64,000 bases of DNA from an uncultured Clostridia bacterium (GCA_947631415.1 CANRLG010000004.1:332-64331), one strand, 5' to 3'; numbered from the stretch's first letter, positions 39,321 through 48,796 are shown. A program made the numbers and translations. The notes: generated by a model from the sequence alone, not told the origin.

Positions 39321-39373
39321 ATATAAATACCTCCTAAAATATATATTTTTTTCAATGTTCATTAAAAAATAAA

Positions 39374-39520
39374 TTTCTAGAAGTAATACAGCTTTGTTAC
39401 AATATTAGATTTTGCTTTTTAACTATATTATTTCGATATCTAGAATACCGTGATAGCATCCGCTGATTTTTCGACAACTATCATCCTCGTTAACATACAA
39501 ATTAGTATGCCCTTGCGCTA
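39374..39520 (-). promoter_or_regulatory. glmS ribozyme (GlcN6P-dependent self-cleaving leader)
   Basis: The minus strand reads AGCGCAAGGGCAUAC-UAAUUU-GUAUGUUAACGAGGAUGAUAGUUGUCGAAAAAUCAGCGGAUGCUAUCACGG, which matches the conserved glmS core (AGCGC..., ACGAGGA, CGAA...GCGGAUGC). A peripheral P4-like helix pairs UUCUAGA with UCUAGAA. It lies directly upstream of glmS. Confidence 0.88.
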
Positions 39521-39570
39521 ATTATGAATTATTATAATTTTCACCTCCTTAAAACTCACAACTTTAATTA

Positions 39571-39598
39571 ATTATACACTAAAATTATTAAAAGTCAA
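39571..39598 (-). promoter_or_regulatory. SigA promoter of the glmS leader
   Basis: On the minus strand: TTGACT (39598-39593), a 16-nt spacer, and TATAAT (39576-39571). Confidence 0.6.
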
Positions 39599-39669
39599 AT
39601 TTATATTACTTTCATTAATACATAATATAACGATTTTAAGTAAAATATTCGCTTTATATATAAGATACT

Positions 39670-39697
39670 TTGACAAAGTTTATGTTTATGATATAAT
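39670..39697 (+). promoter_or_regulatory. SigA promoter of the dockerin/cohesin gene pair
   Basis: TTGACA (39670-39675), a 16-nt spacer, and an extended -10 TGaTATAAT (TATAAT at 39692-39697). Confidence 0.65.
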
Positions 39698-39737
39698 TTT
39701 ATAAATAATAACATTCGATGTAAAAAATGGAGGAGAA

Positions 39738-41996
39738 ATGAAGAAAAAAAATTTAAAGTTTAGAATAATAATAGGTCTTTTAGTACTAGTTATTGTTACT
39801 TCAACTATAAATTTTAGAAAAGTTAATGCTCAAATTGGCTCAAATTTGCCAACATCATATATGGATGAAAATTTTCCAGCTTCATATATGCCATATATAA
39901 ATAGCTTAAGAGCAGAACATCCAAATTGGGTTTTTAAAGCTGTTCATACAGGTCTTGATTGGAATACAGTTCTCTCTCACGAAACTTATGAAGTAAATGA
40001 AGGAATAAGTTTGGTTGAAGACATATTTGGACCAGAGTGGAAGAAAGATGGACAAAATAATTATGTTGATGGAAATTATGTTACTGCCTCTAAATCTGGT
40101 GTAGCTTATGTTTTAGACCCACGTAATTTTTTAAATAATGATGGAATATTTATGTTTGAGGCACTAAGATTTGTTGATGGTGTTCAATCAGTAGATTCTG
40201 TTCAGGGGGTTCTTGCTTCTACACCAATGGGCGCACAATATAAAGATAAATATAAATTATATGGTGAATGGAAAGATTTAGGAACTACTTATGCAAATCT
40301 TATCTATTCAATATCTAAGGAAGTAGGTATAAATCCAGTTCATATAGCATCACGTATAAGACAAGAAAACAGTGGAAACATATTAAATAATTCTCTTATT
40401 AACGGAGATAATGGAGTATATAATTTCTTTAATATAGGTGCTTATGATAATGATAATGGAAGTGCAATACAAAATGGAGTTAAAGAGGCTCAAAGTCGTG
40501 GTTGGACAGATGTACCTTCTGCTCTTAGAGGTGGAATAGAATATATATACAATAACTATGTAAAATGGGGACAAAATACAATATATTTTGAACGTTTTGA
40601 TGTAAATAATCCAGGACAAGCTAAATACTTACTTGGTACAGGTTATATGACAAATATTTTTGGACCAAAAAGTGAGGCCTTAATCACATATAACGCGTAT
40701 GCAAACTGTGGTATATTAAATAATTCTTTTGAATTTAATATACCTGTATATGAAAATATGCCATCAAGTGCTGTTCCAGCACCTACAGTTGGTGATGTAA
40801 CTTTTATTGAGGATAATACACAAGTATATTTAGATGACCCTTCAGATTCAGGTGTACCAGATATATTTAATGTAAGGTCAGGACCAGATTCTTCTTTCCC
40901 TACACTTACTACTATTACAGAATTACAAGAGGGTGGAGCAAATAGAACAAAAATGACAAGAACAGGAATTGGTCAAAATACCCTTTATGATAGAGTTCAA
41001 TTAAGTGATGGAAGAGTTGGATATGTTCAGCATAGATATGTGTATGTCTATGATTATGTTAAAGTAGACAGTGTAAGTCTGGATGTAACATACTCTCAAC
41101 TAAAAGAGGGAGATACATTGCAATTACATGCTACAGTGTCTCCAGGAAATGCAGAAAATAAAAATGTAACTTGGTCATCAAATAATTCAGAAGTTGCAAC
41201 AGTAAACCAAGATGGACTTGTTACTGCAGTAAAAAATGGTGTAGCAACAATAACTGTAATGACACAGGATATGCAAAAAAGTGCAATATGTACTATTAAT
41301 GTTACAGGAGTAAAGGTAACCTCTGTAAGTTTTCCAGAAAGTACATATAGTATGAAAGTTGGAGAAAAATTAACACTAAATCCAGTAATTCAACCATCTA
41401 ATGCAAGTAATAAAAAGTATAAATTAACACTTTCAAATTCAGCACTTGCAAGTGTAGATGGAAATACAATAACAGCTCTAAAAGCGGGAACTTTAAATGT
41501 TAGTGCAATAACAGATGATGGTGGCTTTACAGCAAGAACTACAATTGAGATTAAAGATGATAGTGCACCAAAAGATGATAAATTTGTAGATTTTAACAAG
41601 AATTTAAAACTAACAGATGATGTAATAACAGGAGTAGAACCTGGTTCTACAGTATCTGAAATAAAGGCTTCATTAGATACTAATGATGAATATGAAATTA
41701 AAGATATTAATGGAAATGTATTAGCAGAGGATGCTTTAGTAGGTACAGGTTCAAGTATAGAATTTAAAAACTTAAATAAAAAATATTATTTTGTTGTATA
41801 TGGAGAAGTAGATGGAAATGGAATAATAAATGCAAGAGATTTAATTATGCTTCAAAGATATATACTACAAAAATATAATTTGAATGAATATCAGGTAAAA
41901 GCTTCAATTATTGATAAGGTAAGTCAAGCTCCAAGAGCAGCAGATTTATTGAAAATACAAAGACATATTTTAGGCTTGTATGTAATTGAACAGTAG
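39738..41996 (+). CDS. Secreted multidomain protein: glucosaminidase (GH73)-like domain, SH3b-like domain, two Big_2 Ig-like domains, C-terminal dockerin-like module
   Basis: Signal peptide. HIASRIRQENSG...YNFFNIGAYD is GH73-like. FNVRSGPDSSFP...GRVGYVQHRYV is SH3b-like. VTWSSNNSEVATVNQDGLVTAVKNGVATITV and a second repeat are Big_2-like. GEVDGNGIINARDLIMLQRYIL is a dockerin EF-hand-like repeat, followed by a degenerate second repeat ending LLKIQRHILG. Confidence 0.7.
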   Translation: MKKKNLKFRIIIGLLVLVIVTSTINFRKVNAQIGSNLPTSYMDENFPASYMPYINSLRAEHPNWVFKAVHTGLDWNTVLSHETYEVNEGISLVEDIFGPEWKKDGQNNYVDGNYVTASKSGVAYVLDPRNFLNNDGIFMFEALRFVDGVQSVDSVQGVLASTPMGAQYKDKYKLYGEWKDLGTTYANLIYSISKEVGINPVHIASRIRQENSGNILNNSLINGDNGVYNFFNIGAYDNDNGSAIQNGVKEAQSRGWTDVPSALRGGIEYIYNNYVKWGQNTIYFERFDVNNPGQAKYLLGTGYMTNIFGPKSEALITYNAYANCGILNNSFEFNIPVYENMPSSAVPAPTVGDVTFIEDNTQVYLDDPSDSGVPDIFNVRSGPDSSFPTLTTITELQEGGANRTKMTRTGIGQNTLYDRVQLSDGRVGYVQHRYVYVYDYVKVDSVSLDVTYSQLKEGDTLQLHATVSPGNAENKNVTWSSNNSEVATVNQDGLVTAVKNGVATITVMTQDMQKSAICTINVTGVKVTSVSFPESTYSMKVGEKLTLNPVIQPSNASNKKYKLTLSNSALASVDGNTITALKAGTLNVSAITDDGGFTARTTIEIKDDSAPKDDKFVDFNKNLKLTDDVITGVEPGSTVSEIKASLDTNDEYEIKDINGNVLAEDALVGTGSSIEFKNLNKKYYFVVYGEVDGNGIINARDLIMLQRYILQKYNLNEYQVKASIIDKVSQAPRAADLLKIQRHILGLYVIEQ

Positions 41997-42005
41997 GAGG
42001 AATAA

Positions 42006-43574
42006 ATGAAAACTAAGAAGATAAAAGTTTTTGCAATATTATTTGCATTATATCTAGCTATTAGTTTAAAAGTTGATGCGGCAAGTATTAGTGGAAATTC
42101 AAATGTAAAAGTGGGTGAAACCTTTACGTTGGTTTTTAACTTTGGATTAAATGTTGCAGCTTATGATAATATAAATGTTTCCTATGATACTAATATGTAT
42201 GAATATGTTTCTGGAGATAGTTTAAGCGAAAGTGTATGGTGGGATCAAACAGATACATCTGCAGGTATAGCTTCAAAAACATATACTTTTAGAGCTCTAA
42301 AAGAAGGCTCTTCTAGGATAGTTGTAGTTGCAAATGGAGTAACTAGTGCAGATGAAAGTATGCAAGACTTAGGCACTATAACTGCTGAAAAGTTAATTAC
42401 AGCAATTAATTCTCAACCTCAAGTTGAACAACCACAAGAACCTCAACCACAGCCGCAACCAACTATACCTCAAACTAATTCTGTATTAAGTTCAAATAAC
42501 TATCTAAAAATACTTCAATTAAGCGAGGAAGGAATTAGTCCATTCTTCTCAAGAAACATAACAAATTATTCTTTAACAGTTGGAGAAAGTGTATCAGATA
42601 TAACAGTTCTTGCAAGAGCTGAGGATACAAATGCAAAAGTTGAAATATATGGAAATAACGATATAAAAGAAGGAGATAATTACATATATATTACTGTTAC
42701 TGCTCAAAATGGTAGCAAAAGAACATATACTATTCTTGTTACTAAAACAGCAGATGCTCAAAAATCAAATGCATTTCTTGAAACTTTAATTGTAGAAAAT
42801 TATAATTTGAAGGAAAACTTTCAATCTGAAGTTTTTGAATACGATATAGGGGATATATCTAATATTGTAAAATCTTTAAATATTGTTGCAATAGCAAAAG
42901 ATGAAAGAGCAAAAGTAGAAATAATAGGAGCAGATGACTTAAAAAAAGATGGAGAAATAGTAATTAGAGTAACAGCAGCAGATGGAACAACAATAAGAGA
43001 ATATAAGTTAAAATATAATTATGTAGATGCAACAAATGATGAACTTTCTAATATGCAAATGAGAGATTATTTGAAGGAAGTTCAAAATAGTAAAAACACT
43101 AAAGAGAAAATCATTGCATATTTAAAATACGTATGGGCAGCAATTAGAAAAAATTACTTACTTGTTGCAATGTATGTACTTATACTATTTGAATTTATAC
43201 AAATAGTTAGATTAAGAAAAAAATTAAATAATAAAAATCCAAATGATGATGATAGAGATGGAAAAACTGAAAGCAGAGGAAAAGACATACTTAAAGTAGA
43301 TTTACCAAATGAAGAAAAAACTATTGAACCTCCACAAATTACTCCATTAGAAAATAGAAAAATTGAGCCACCACAAGTAACACCTTTAAAAGAGGATAAA
43401 GTATTAGATAATGCACCATTGAAAAGACATGGAAACCTTAATGCAGAAGGTATAAAACTTGTAGATTTAGATAAAAATGAAGGACCACAAGATGAATTAT
43501 CTTTTAATATTTTTGAAAACTTAAATGATGAAGATATAAAAAAATTATTAAATAATGAGATAGATAAGGAGTAA
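42006..43574 (+). CDS. Type I membrane protein: cohesin-like N-terminal domain, Pro/Gln linker, two cadherin-like beta-sandwich domains, TM segment, repeat-containing cytoplasmic tail
   Basis: Signal peptide. VKVGETFTLVFNFGLNVAAYDNINVSYDTNMYEYVSGD is cohesin-like. The linker is QPQVEQPQEPQPQPQP. LKILQLSEEGISPFFSRNITNYSLTV...GSKRTYTILVTK and a second copy resemble the cadherin-like domain (PF12733). The TM segment is YLLVAMYVLILFEFIQIV followed by RLRKK. Confidence 0.65.
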   Translation: MKTKKIKVFAILFALYLAISLKVDAASISGNSNVKVGETFTLVFNFGLNVAAYDNINVSYDTNMYEYVSGDSLSESVWWDQTDTSAGIASKTYTFRALKEGSSRIVVVANGVTSADESMQDLGTITAEKLITAINSQPQVEQPQEPQPQPQPTIPQTNSVLSSNNYLKILQLSEEGISPFFSRNITNYSLTVGESVSDITVLARAEDTNAKVEIYGNNDIKEGDNYIYITVTAQNGSKRTYTILVTKTADAQKSNAFLETLIVENYNLKENFQSEVFEYDIGDISNIVKSLNIVAIAKDERAKVEIIGADDLKKDGEIVIRVTAADGTTIREYKLKYNYVDATNDELSNMQMRDYLKEVQNSKNTKEKIIAYLKYVWAAIRKNYLLVAMYVLILFEFIQIVRLRKKLNNKNPNDDDRDGKTESRGKDILKVDLPNEEKTIEPPQITPLENRKIEPPQVTPLKEDKVLDNAPLKRHGNLNAEGIKLVDLDKNEGPQDELSFNIFENLNDEDIKKLLNNEIDKE

Positions 43575-43617
43575 TATCCTTATCTTTTCTCATATAGTTA
43601 TGAAAGGAATTAGAAAA

Positions 43618-43959
43618 ATGAAGCATATAATGAAATTACAACCGAAATATTTTGAATGCATGAAAAAAGGAAGTAAGGTAATAGAGGTTAGATTATTTGA
43701 TGAAAAAAGAAGAAATATAAAAATTGGAGATGAAATAGAGTTCTTAAAAGAGCCTGAAAAAACAGAAAAATTAATAACTAAAGTAAAGGAGTTACTAATA
43801 TATCCAAGTTTTGAAGAATTACTAAATAACTATCCAATAGAATATTTTGCAGATAATACTCATACTAAAACAGAACTATTAAAAGTATTAAATGAATTTT
43901 ATACAAAAGAAGAACAGGAAAAGTATGGAGTAGTAGGAATTAGAATTGAAATAATATAA
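43618..43959 (+). CDS. ASCH domain protein
   Basis: MKLQPKYFECMKKGSKVIEVRLFDEKRRNIKIGDEIEF is typical of ASCH/PUA-like domains. The start is uncertain, with candidates at 43600, 43618 and 43627. Confidence 0.7.
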   Translation: MKHIMKLQPKYFECMKKGSKVIEVRLFDEKRRNIKIGDEIEFLKEPEKTEKLITKVKELLIYPSFEELLNNYPIEYFADNTHTKTELLKVLNEFYTKEEQEKYGVVGIRIEII

Positions 43960-44005
43960 AAAAACAAAGCTGGTAAATTAACTTTTATCAACTTTGTTTT
44001 ACTTT

Positions 44006-44752
44006 CTATTTTTCTACTATTGAATCATTGTTTTCATCTGGCAATTTCCAACCAGGTATATTAGAACGTTTTATAGCTCCAATTAAATTTTCTCTAACTT
44101 TTGGAATATCATGTCTTAATTGTTTTACTAAATCTTTCATATATTCACGTTTAGTAAAGCCATCTTTTGGACAACATTTTTCTATAACTGGAAAATTCAT
44201 TTCTCTTGCAAGAGCCCTTGTTTCTTTTTCATACACATATATTAAAGGTCTAATCATAATCAAGTTACAACGACTAAGATGTGTTTTTGGCGCAAAAGTA
44301 GTAATATTTCCATTTAAAATTTCATTCATTAATAAAGTTTCAATCGCATCATCTAAATGATGACCTAAAGCTATTTTATTACATCCATTTTCTACAGCAA
44401 CACTTGAGAGCATACCACGTCTTAAGTTAGCACATAGAGAACAGGGATTTTTTTCTTTTTTAATATCAAAAACGATTTCTGATAGATTAGACTTATATAC
44501 TACATATTCAACGCCTAAATTATCACACATTTCTTTTAACTTATCTGTATTAAAAGTTGAACTTCCTGGATCAATAGTTATTGCAATAATTTCAAATTTT
44601 TTTGGGTAATATCGTTGTAAAGTATGTAGGGCATAAAGTAGAGAAATACTGTCTTTACCACCTGAAAGACCTATCCCAATTTTATCTCCTTCTTCTATCA
44701 TTTTATAATCATCTATAGCTCGCCTAGCACGACCTGTTATTTCTTGTAACAT
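44006..44752 (-). CDS. PP-loop ATPase, tRNA 2-thiocytidine biosynthesis TtcA-like
   Basis: GLSGGKDSISLL (SGGxDS PP-loop) and Cys motifs CSLCANLRRG and CCPKDG. I chose the ATG at 44752 after SD ggagga. Confidence 0.85.
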   Translation of the reverse strand: MLQEITGRARRAIDDYKMIEEGDKIGIGLSGGKDSISLLYALHTLQRYYPKKFEIIAITIDPGSSTFNTDKLKEMCDNLGVEYVVYKSNLSEIVFDIKKEKNPCSLCANLRRGMLSSVAVENGCNKIALGHHLDDAIETLLMNEILNGNITTFAPKTHLSRCNLIMIRPLIYVYEKETRALAREMNFPVIEKCCPKDGFTKREYMKDLVKQLRHDIPKVRENLIGAIKRSNIPGWKLPDENNDSIVEK

Positions 44753-44844
44753 AATCTCCTCCATAAAACAGATATAGTTTAACATAATATATAATAAAAA
44801 GCAAATAATATGTAAAATAAATAACTCAAAATTATGTAGTTTTG

Positions 44845-44873
44845 TTGACTATGTATTCTTTTTTTGATATAAT
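44845..44873 (+). promoter_or_regulatory. Consensus SigA promoter of alaS
   Basis: TTGACT (44845-44850), a 17-nt spacer, and an extended -10 TGaTATAAT (TATAAT at 44868-44873). Confidence 0.7.
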
Positions 44874-44938
44874 TTAACCGCTAGAAATAAGGCACTTTAA
44901 GGTGCTTTTTTATATATATTTAGATTGGGGAGATAAAA

Positions 44939-46705
44939 ATGAATTCTTTAGAAATTAGAGAAAAATACATTAAATTTTTTGAGTCAAAAGGTCATAAACA
45001 AATACCTAGTGCACCAGTTGTACCAGAAAATGACCCTTCTGTACTTTTTAATACTGCAGGTATGCAACCATTAGTACCATATCTAATGGGACAACCACAT
45101 CCTTATGGAAGTAGACTTTGCGATTACCAAAAATGTATGAGAACAAACGACTTAGATGAAGTTGGAGATGGAACTCATCATACATTCTTTGAAATGCTTG
45201 GTAACTGGAGTTTAGGAGATTATTTCAAGAAAGAGAGTGTTACATGGAGTTTTGAACTTTTAACTAAAGAGTTTAATATTCCAGTAGAAAGATTAGCAGT
45301 TACTGTATTTAAAGGAAACGATATAGTACCAGCAGATGATGAAACAGCAAATGTATGGAGAAGTTTAGGAATACCTGATTCTAGAATAAGATATTTGGGC
45401 GAAGATGATAACTGGTGGCCAAATATGGAACTTACAGGACCTTGTGGTCCAGATACAGAGATTTTTTACTTTAGAAGTGATGATGAAATTCCACAAGAAT
45501 ATGACCCAGAAGATGATAGATGGGTAGAAATATGGAATAATGTATTTATGCAATATAACCATAATGAAGATGGAACATTTACTGAATTGCCAAAGAAAAA
45601 TGTAGATACAGGTATGGGACTTGAAAGAATTACTTCAGTATTAGAGGGAGTAAATGATAACTATAAATCATCTATTTGGAAAGATGTTATAGAAAAAATA
45701 GAAGAAATTACAAATTTGTCTTATAGTGAAAATGAAAAAGCTATGCGAATTATAGCAGACCATATTAGAAGTGCTGTATTTATTAGTGCTGACCCATCTG
45801 GAATAAAACCAAGTAATACTGACCAAGGATATATTTTAAGAAGACTTATTAGGAGAGCAATTAGATATGCTAAAAAATTAAACATAGATATTGACAGTAA
45901 TTGGGAAGAAGAAGTTGCTCTAATGATTATAAATAAATACAAAAATTTTTATCCTGAACTAGAGGAAAATAGAAAAGTTGTATTAGATGTTCTAAAAGAT
46001 GAGAAAAATAAATTTAATAGAACTCTTGAACATGGTTTAAAAGAATTTGAAAAAATAACATCTAAAATTGTTGATGGAAAAATGGATAAAGATAATGCTT
46101 TTAGACTATATGACACTTTTGGTTTTCCAATAGAACTAACAGTTGAACTTGCAAAGGAAATGAATATTGAAGTAGATGAGAAAGGTTTTGAAGAAAAATT
46201 TAAAGCTCATCAAGAGATATCTCGTGCAGGTGCAAAAGAAAAATTTAAGGGTGGTCTTGCTTCAACTGGTGAGATTGAAACAAAATATCATACAGCAACT
46301 CATTTACTAAATGCTGCTCTTAAAGTTATAGTTAGTCCTGATTGTCATCAAAAAGGAAGTAATATAACTGCTGAAAGAATGCGTTTTGATTTTTCTTGTG
46401 ACCATAAATTAACTGATGAAGAAAAGCAAAAAGTTGAAGAGTTAGTAAATAAATGGATAGATGAAGGTATAACTGTTACAAAAGAAGAAATGCCAAAAGA
46501 AGACGCAATTAAATCTGGTGCTGAATGTATGTTTATTGAAAAATATCCAGATATAGTAACAGTATATAAAATAGGAGATGTTTCTGCAGAACTTTGTGGA
46601 GGTCCTCATGTATCAAATACATCAGAACTATCACATATTAAAATAAAGAAAGAAGAAGCTTGTTCTGCAGGTATTAGAAGAATAAAAGCCGTTTTTGTAG
46701 ACTAA
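44939..46705 (+). CDS. alaS: Alanine--tRNA ligase, short form (588 aa) lacking the C-Ala/DHHA1 region
   Basis: FFESKGH, LFNTAGM, HHTFFEMLGNWSLGDYFK, VDTGMGLERI and ADHIRS define the catalytic and tRNA-recognition part. HTATHLLNAAL and ELCGGPHV are the editing-site zinc motifs. The protein ends about 25 aa after GIRRIKAV. Confidence 0.88.
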   Translation: MNSLEIREKYIKFFESKGHKQIPSAPVVPENDPSVLFNTAGMQPLVPYLMGQPHPYGSRLCDYQKCMRTNDLDEVGDGTHHTFFEMLGNWSLGDYFKKESVTWSFELLTKEFNIPVERLAVTVFKGNDIVPADDETANVWRSLGIPDSRIRYLGEDDNWWPNMELTGPCGPDTEIFYFRSDDEIPQEYDPEDDRWVEIWNNVFMQYNHNEDGTFTELPKKNVDTGMGLERITSVLEGVNDNYKSSIWKDVIEKIEEITNLSYSENEKAMRIIADHIRSAVFISADPSGIKPSNTDQGYILRRLIRRAIRYAKKLNIDIDSNWEEEVALMIINKYKNFYPELEENRKVVLDVLKDEKNKFNRTLEHGLKEFEKITSKIVDGKMDKDNAFRLYDTFGFPIELTVELAKEMNIEVDEKGFEEKFKAHQEISRAGAKEKFKGGLASTGEIETKYHTATHLLNAALKVIVSPDCHQKGSNITAERMRFDFSCDHKLTDEEKQKVEELVNKWIDEGITVTKEEMPKEDAIKSGAECMFIEKYPDIVTVYKIGDVSAELCGGPHVSNTSELSHIKIKKEEACSAGIRRIKAVFVD

Positions 46706-46717
46706 GAGGTATAAAAT

Positions 46718-47236
46718 ATGGATGAGTTGATTATGAAGTTTAAGACTAAGTACGATTTGAATTCTATTGAAATATATAACAGATATAATTTATATCATAA
46801 ACCAGTAACTTGGATTATAACTATATTGTCTGTAGCTTTAATACTCTTAGGAATATTTGCAAGTAATATGGGTATTATATATAGAGTTTTTTCTATAGGT
46901 GCAGGAATAATTTGGTTACTAGAGATTATGTTACTTCCAAAAATTCGTGCAAAATCTACAATAAAAACTTCAAATATTACAAAAGGAGCTGTAGTTGAAG
47001 TAGAATTTAAAAAAGATAATATCTTTATGATTACCAAAAAGAAAGAAGATATAATTGGTACTAGTATAATAGAGTATAGTGATTTATATAAAGTATGCAG
47101 TGCAAATGATTATCTATATGTATATATTTCTAAAGACCAAGCAATACTATGCTCAAAAGAAAATATGACAGGAAAGTATAGTAAGTTTATAAAATTTTTA
47201 AAAGATAAAATTGGTAAAAAGTATAGAGGAAAATAA
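46718..47236 (+). CDS. YcxB-like membrane protein (two TM segments + bPH-like C-terminal domain)
   Basis: A two-TM hairpin is followed by a soluble domain. The topology resembles YcxB (PF14317). This call rests on topology and is weak. Confidence 0.4.
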   Translation: MDELIMKFKTKYDLNSIEIYNRYNLYHKPVTWIITILSVALILLGIFASNMGIIYRVFSIGAGIIWLLEIMLLPKIRAKSTIKTSNITKGAVVEVEFKKDNIFMITKKKEDIIGTSIIEYSDLYKVCSANDYLYVYISKDQAILCSKENMTGKYSKFIKFLKDKIGKKYRGK

Positions 47237-47249
47237 GGGGGAAAATAGT

Positions 47250-47591
47250 ATGAATGATGATTGTATTTTTTGTAAAATAATTAAAAAGGAAATTCCAAGT
47301 GAATTTGTTTATGAGGATGAATATGTAGCAGCTTTTAAAGACTTAAATCCTTTAGCTCCTGTACATGTTTTAGTAGTGCCTAAAATTCATATTGAAAGTT
47401 TAGAAGAAGTAAATGAAGAAAATATGGAATATATAGATAAAATTCATTTAGCATTTAAAAAAATAGCACAGATAACAAATGTTAGCGAGTCTGGATACAG
47501 AATCATAAGTAATTGTGGTAGAGATGCAGGACAAGAAGTAAAACACCTACATTATCATTTTCTTGCAGGAAAAAAATTAGGAATACAGTAA
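47250..47591 (+). CDS. HIT family (HinT-like) nucleotide hydrolase
   Basis: CIFCKII near the N-terminus and the histidine triad HLHYHFL. I chose the ATG at 47250 after SD aaggggga. Confidence 0.9.
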   Translation: MNDDCIFCKIIKKEIPSEFVYEDEYVAAFKDLNPLAPVHVLVVPKIHIESLEEVNEENMEYIDKIHLAFKKIAQITNVSESGYRIISNCGRDAGQEVKHLHYHFLAGKKLGIQ

Positions 47592-47714
47592 TGTAAATAA
47601 TTTGTGATATATGTGATTTTTTTGTAATTGAAGATGACATTTCAAATAAAATAATGTATAATAAGTGTATAAATGAGATAGAATATTTTTATTCTATAAA
47701 GGAGGAATTTGGTA

Positions 47715-48161
47715 ATGAGTAAAAAAGAAGAAAATGTTGAAAATACAGCTGAGGAAAAAGTAGAAATTGCATCTAACTTAAATATTTCAGAAGATGTAAT
47801 TGGTGTTATTGCTGGACTTGCAGCATCAGAAGTTGATGGTATTGCAGGTATGCAAGTTGGTTTTGTTGATGGAATAAACCAAATTTTTGGTAGCAATAAA
47901 AAATATACAAAAGGTGTAAAAATAGAACTAAATAATAAAAAAGTTACTATAGACATTTTTGTAAATGTTAAATATGGTGTAAGAATACCAGATGTAGCAT
48001 GGGCTGCACAAACAGCTGTAAAAAATGCTGTTGAAAATATGACAGGACTTGAAGTTGAGGCTGTTAATATTAATGTTCAAGATATTATTTTTGAAAAAGA
48101 AGAGAAAAAAGATGTTAAAGTAGATGTACCAGTAGAAGATACTTCAGATAAGGAAGATTAA
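47715..48161 (+). CDS. Asp23/Gls24 family alkaline shock protein
   Basis: ISEDVIGVIAGLAASEVDGIAGM and VENMTGLEVEAVNINVQDI are typical of Asp23. The ATG follows SD aaggagga. Confidence 0.88.
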   Translation: MSKKEENVENTAEEKVEIASNLNISEDVIGVIAGLAASEVDGIAGMQVGFVDGINQIFGSNKKYTKGVKIELNNKKVTIDIFVNVKYGVRIPDVAWAAQTAVKNAVENMTGLEVEAVNINVQDIIFEKEEKKDVKVDVPVEDTSDKED

Positions 48162-48233
48162 TAACATTTTAGTATGGCCCGAACTTAGATTAATTAGTTT
48201 GGGCTTTATACAAATTAATAGGGGGAATAAAAT

Positions 48234-48770
48234 ATGAGAGGTTTTGAGAAGTTTATATTATGTATTTTTTCAGTAGTAATGATTATTTTGTCTGTTTTTG
48301 TGATACTTGTATCTACTGGAATGATTCAAATAGGAGATTTATATCAAGTTGCGGTAAACTTTTTAATTGCAAATAAAGTAGCGGTACTTATAGTGGGTGC
48401 TATTGTTTCATTATTTGGACTTATTGGATTATTTTCAACATCAGATTCTGGTGAAGATACAAGAAGTGGACTAGCAATTAAAAATGATTCTGGTACAGTA
48501 TTTTTAAATAGAGATACATTTGAAACAATGATTATGTCAGTTGCAAGAAATTATCCAGAACTTGTTAATCCTAAAGTAGAAGTAAGTATATCTGAAGAAG
48601 GAGTAAAAGCAAATTTATATGCTTTAATTCTACCAGATACAGTAGTTCCTACTTTAACTGAAAAATTGCAAGAAAATATAAAAGCTACAGTTAAAAAACA
48701 AACAACAATAGAAATTAAAGAGGCTAATATTAAGATTAAAGGTGTCTATATTGAACCACAAAAAAAATAA
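48234..48770 (+). CDS. amaP: Alkaline shock response membrane anchor protein AmaP-like
   Basis: It has an N-terminal TM pair and a soluble C-terminal domain, and it lies directly after asp23. Confidence 0.7.
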   Translation: MRGFEKFILCIFSVVMIILSVFVILVSTGMIQIGDLYQVAVNFLIANKVAVLIVGAIVSLFGLIGLFSTSDSGEDTRSGLAIKNDSGTVFLNRDTFETMIMSVARNYPELVNPKVEVSISEEGVKANLYALILPDTVVPTLTEKLQENIKATVKKQTTIEIKEANIKIKGVYIEPQKK

Positions 48771-48796
48771 ATATGGAATAGGATGTGAATTAAGAT

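Noticed and set aside
44874-44938. A short hairpin plus T-run (ggcac-tttaag-gtgct-tttttt) in the alaS leader, considered as a T-box or attenuator.
   Set aside because: The leader is only about 60 nt. It has no specifier or T-box motif, and the stem is 5 bp including a G-U pair. That is too weak to call.
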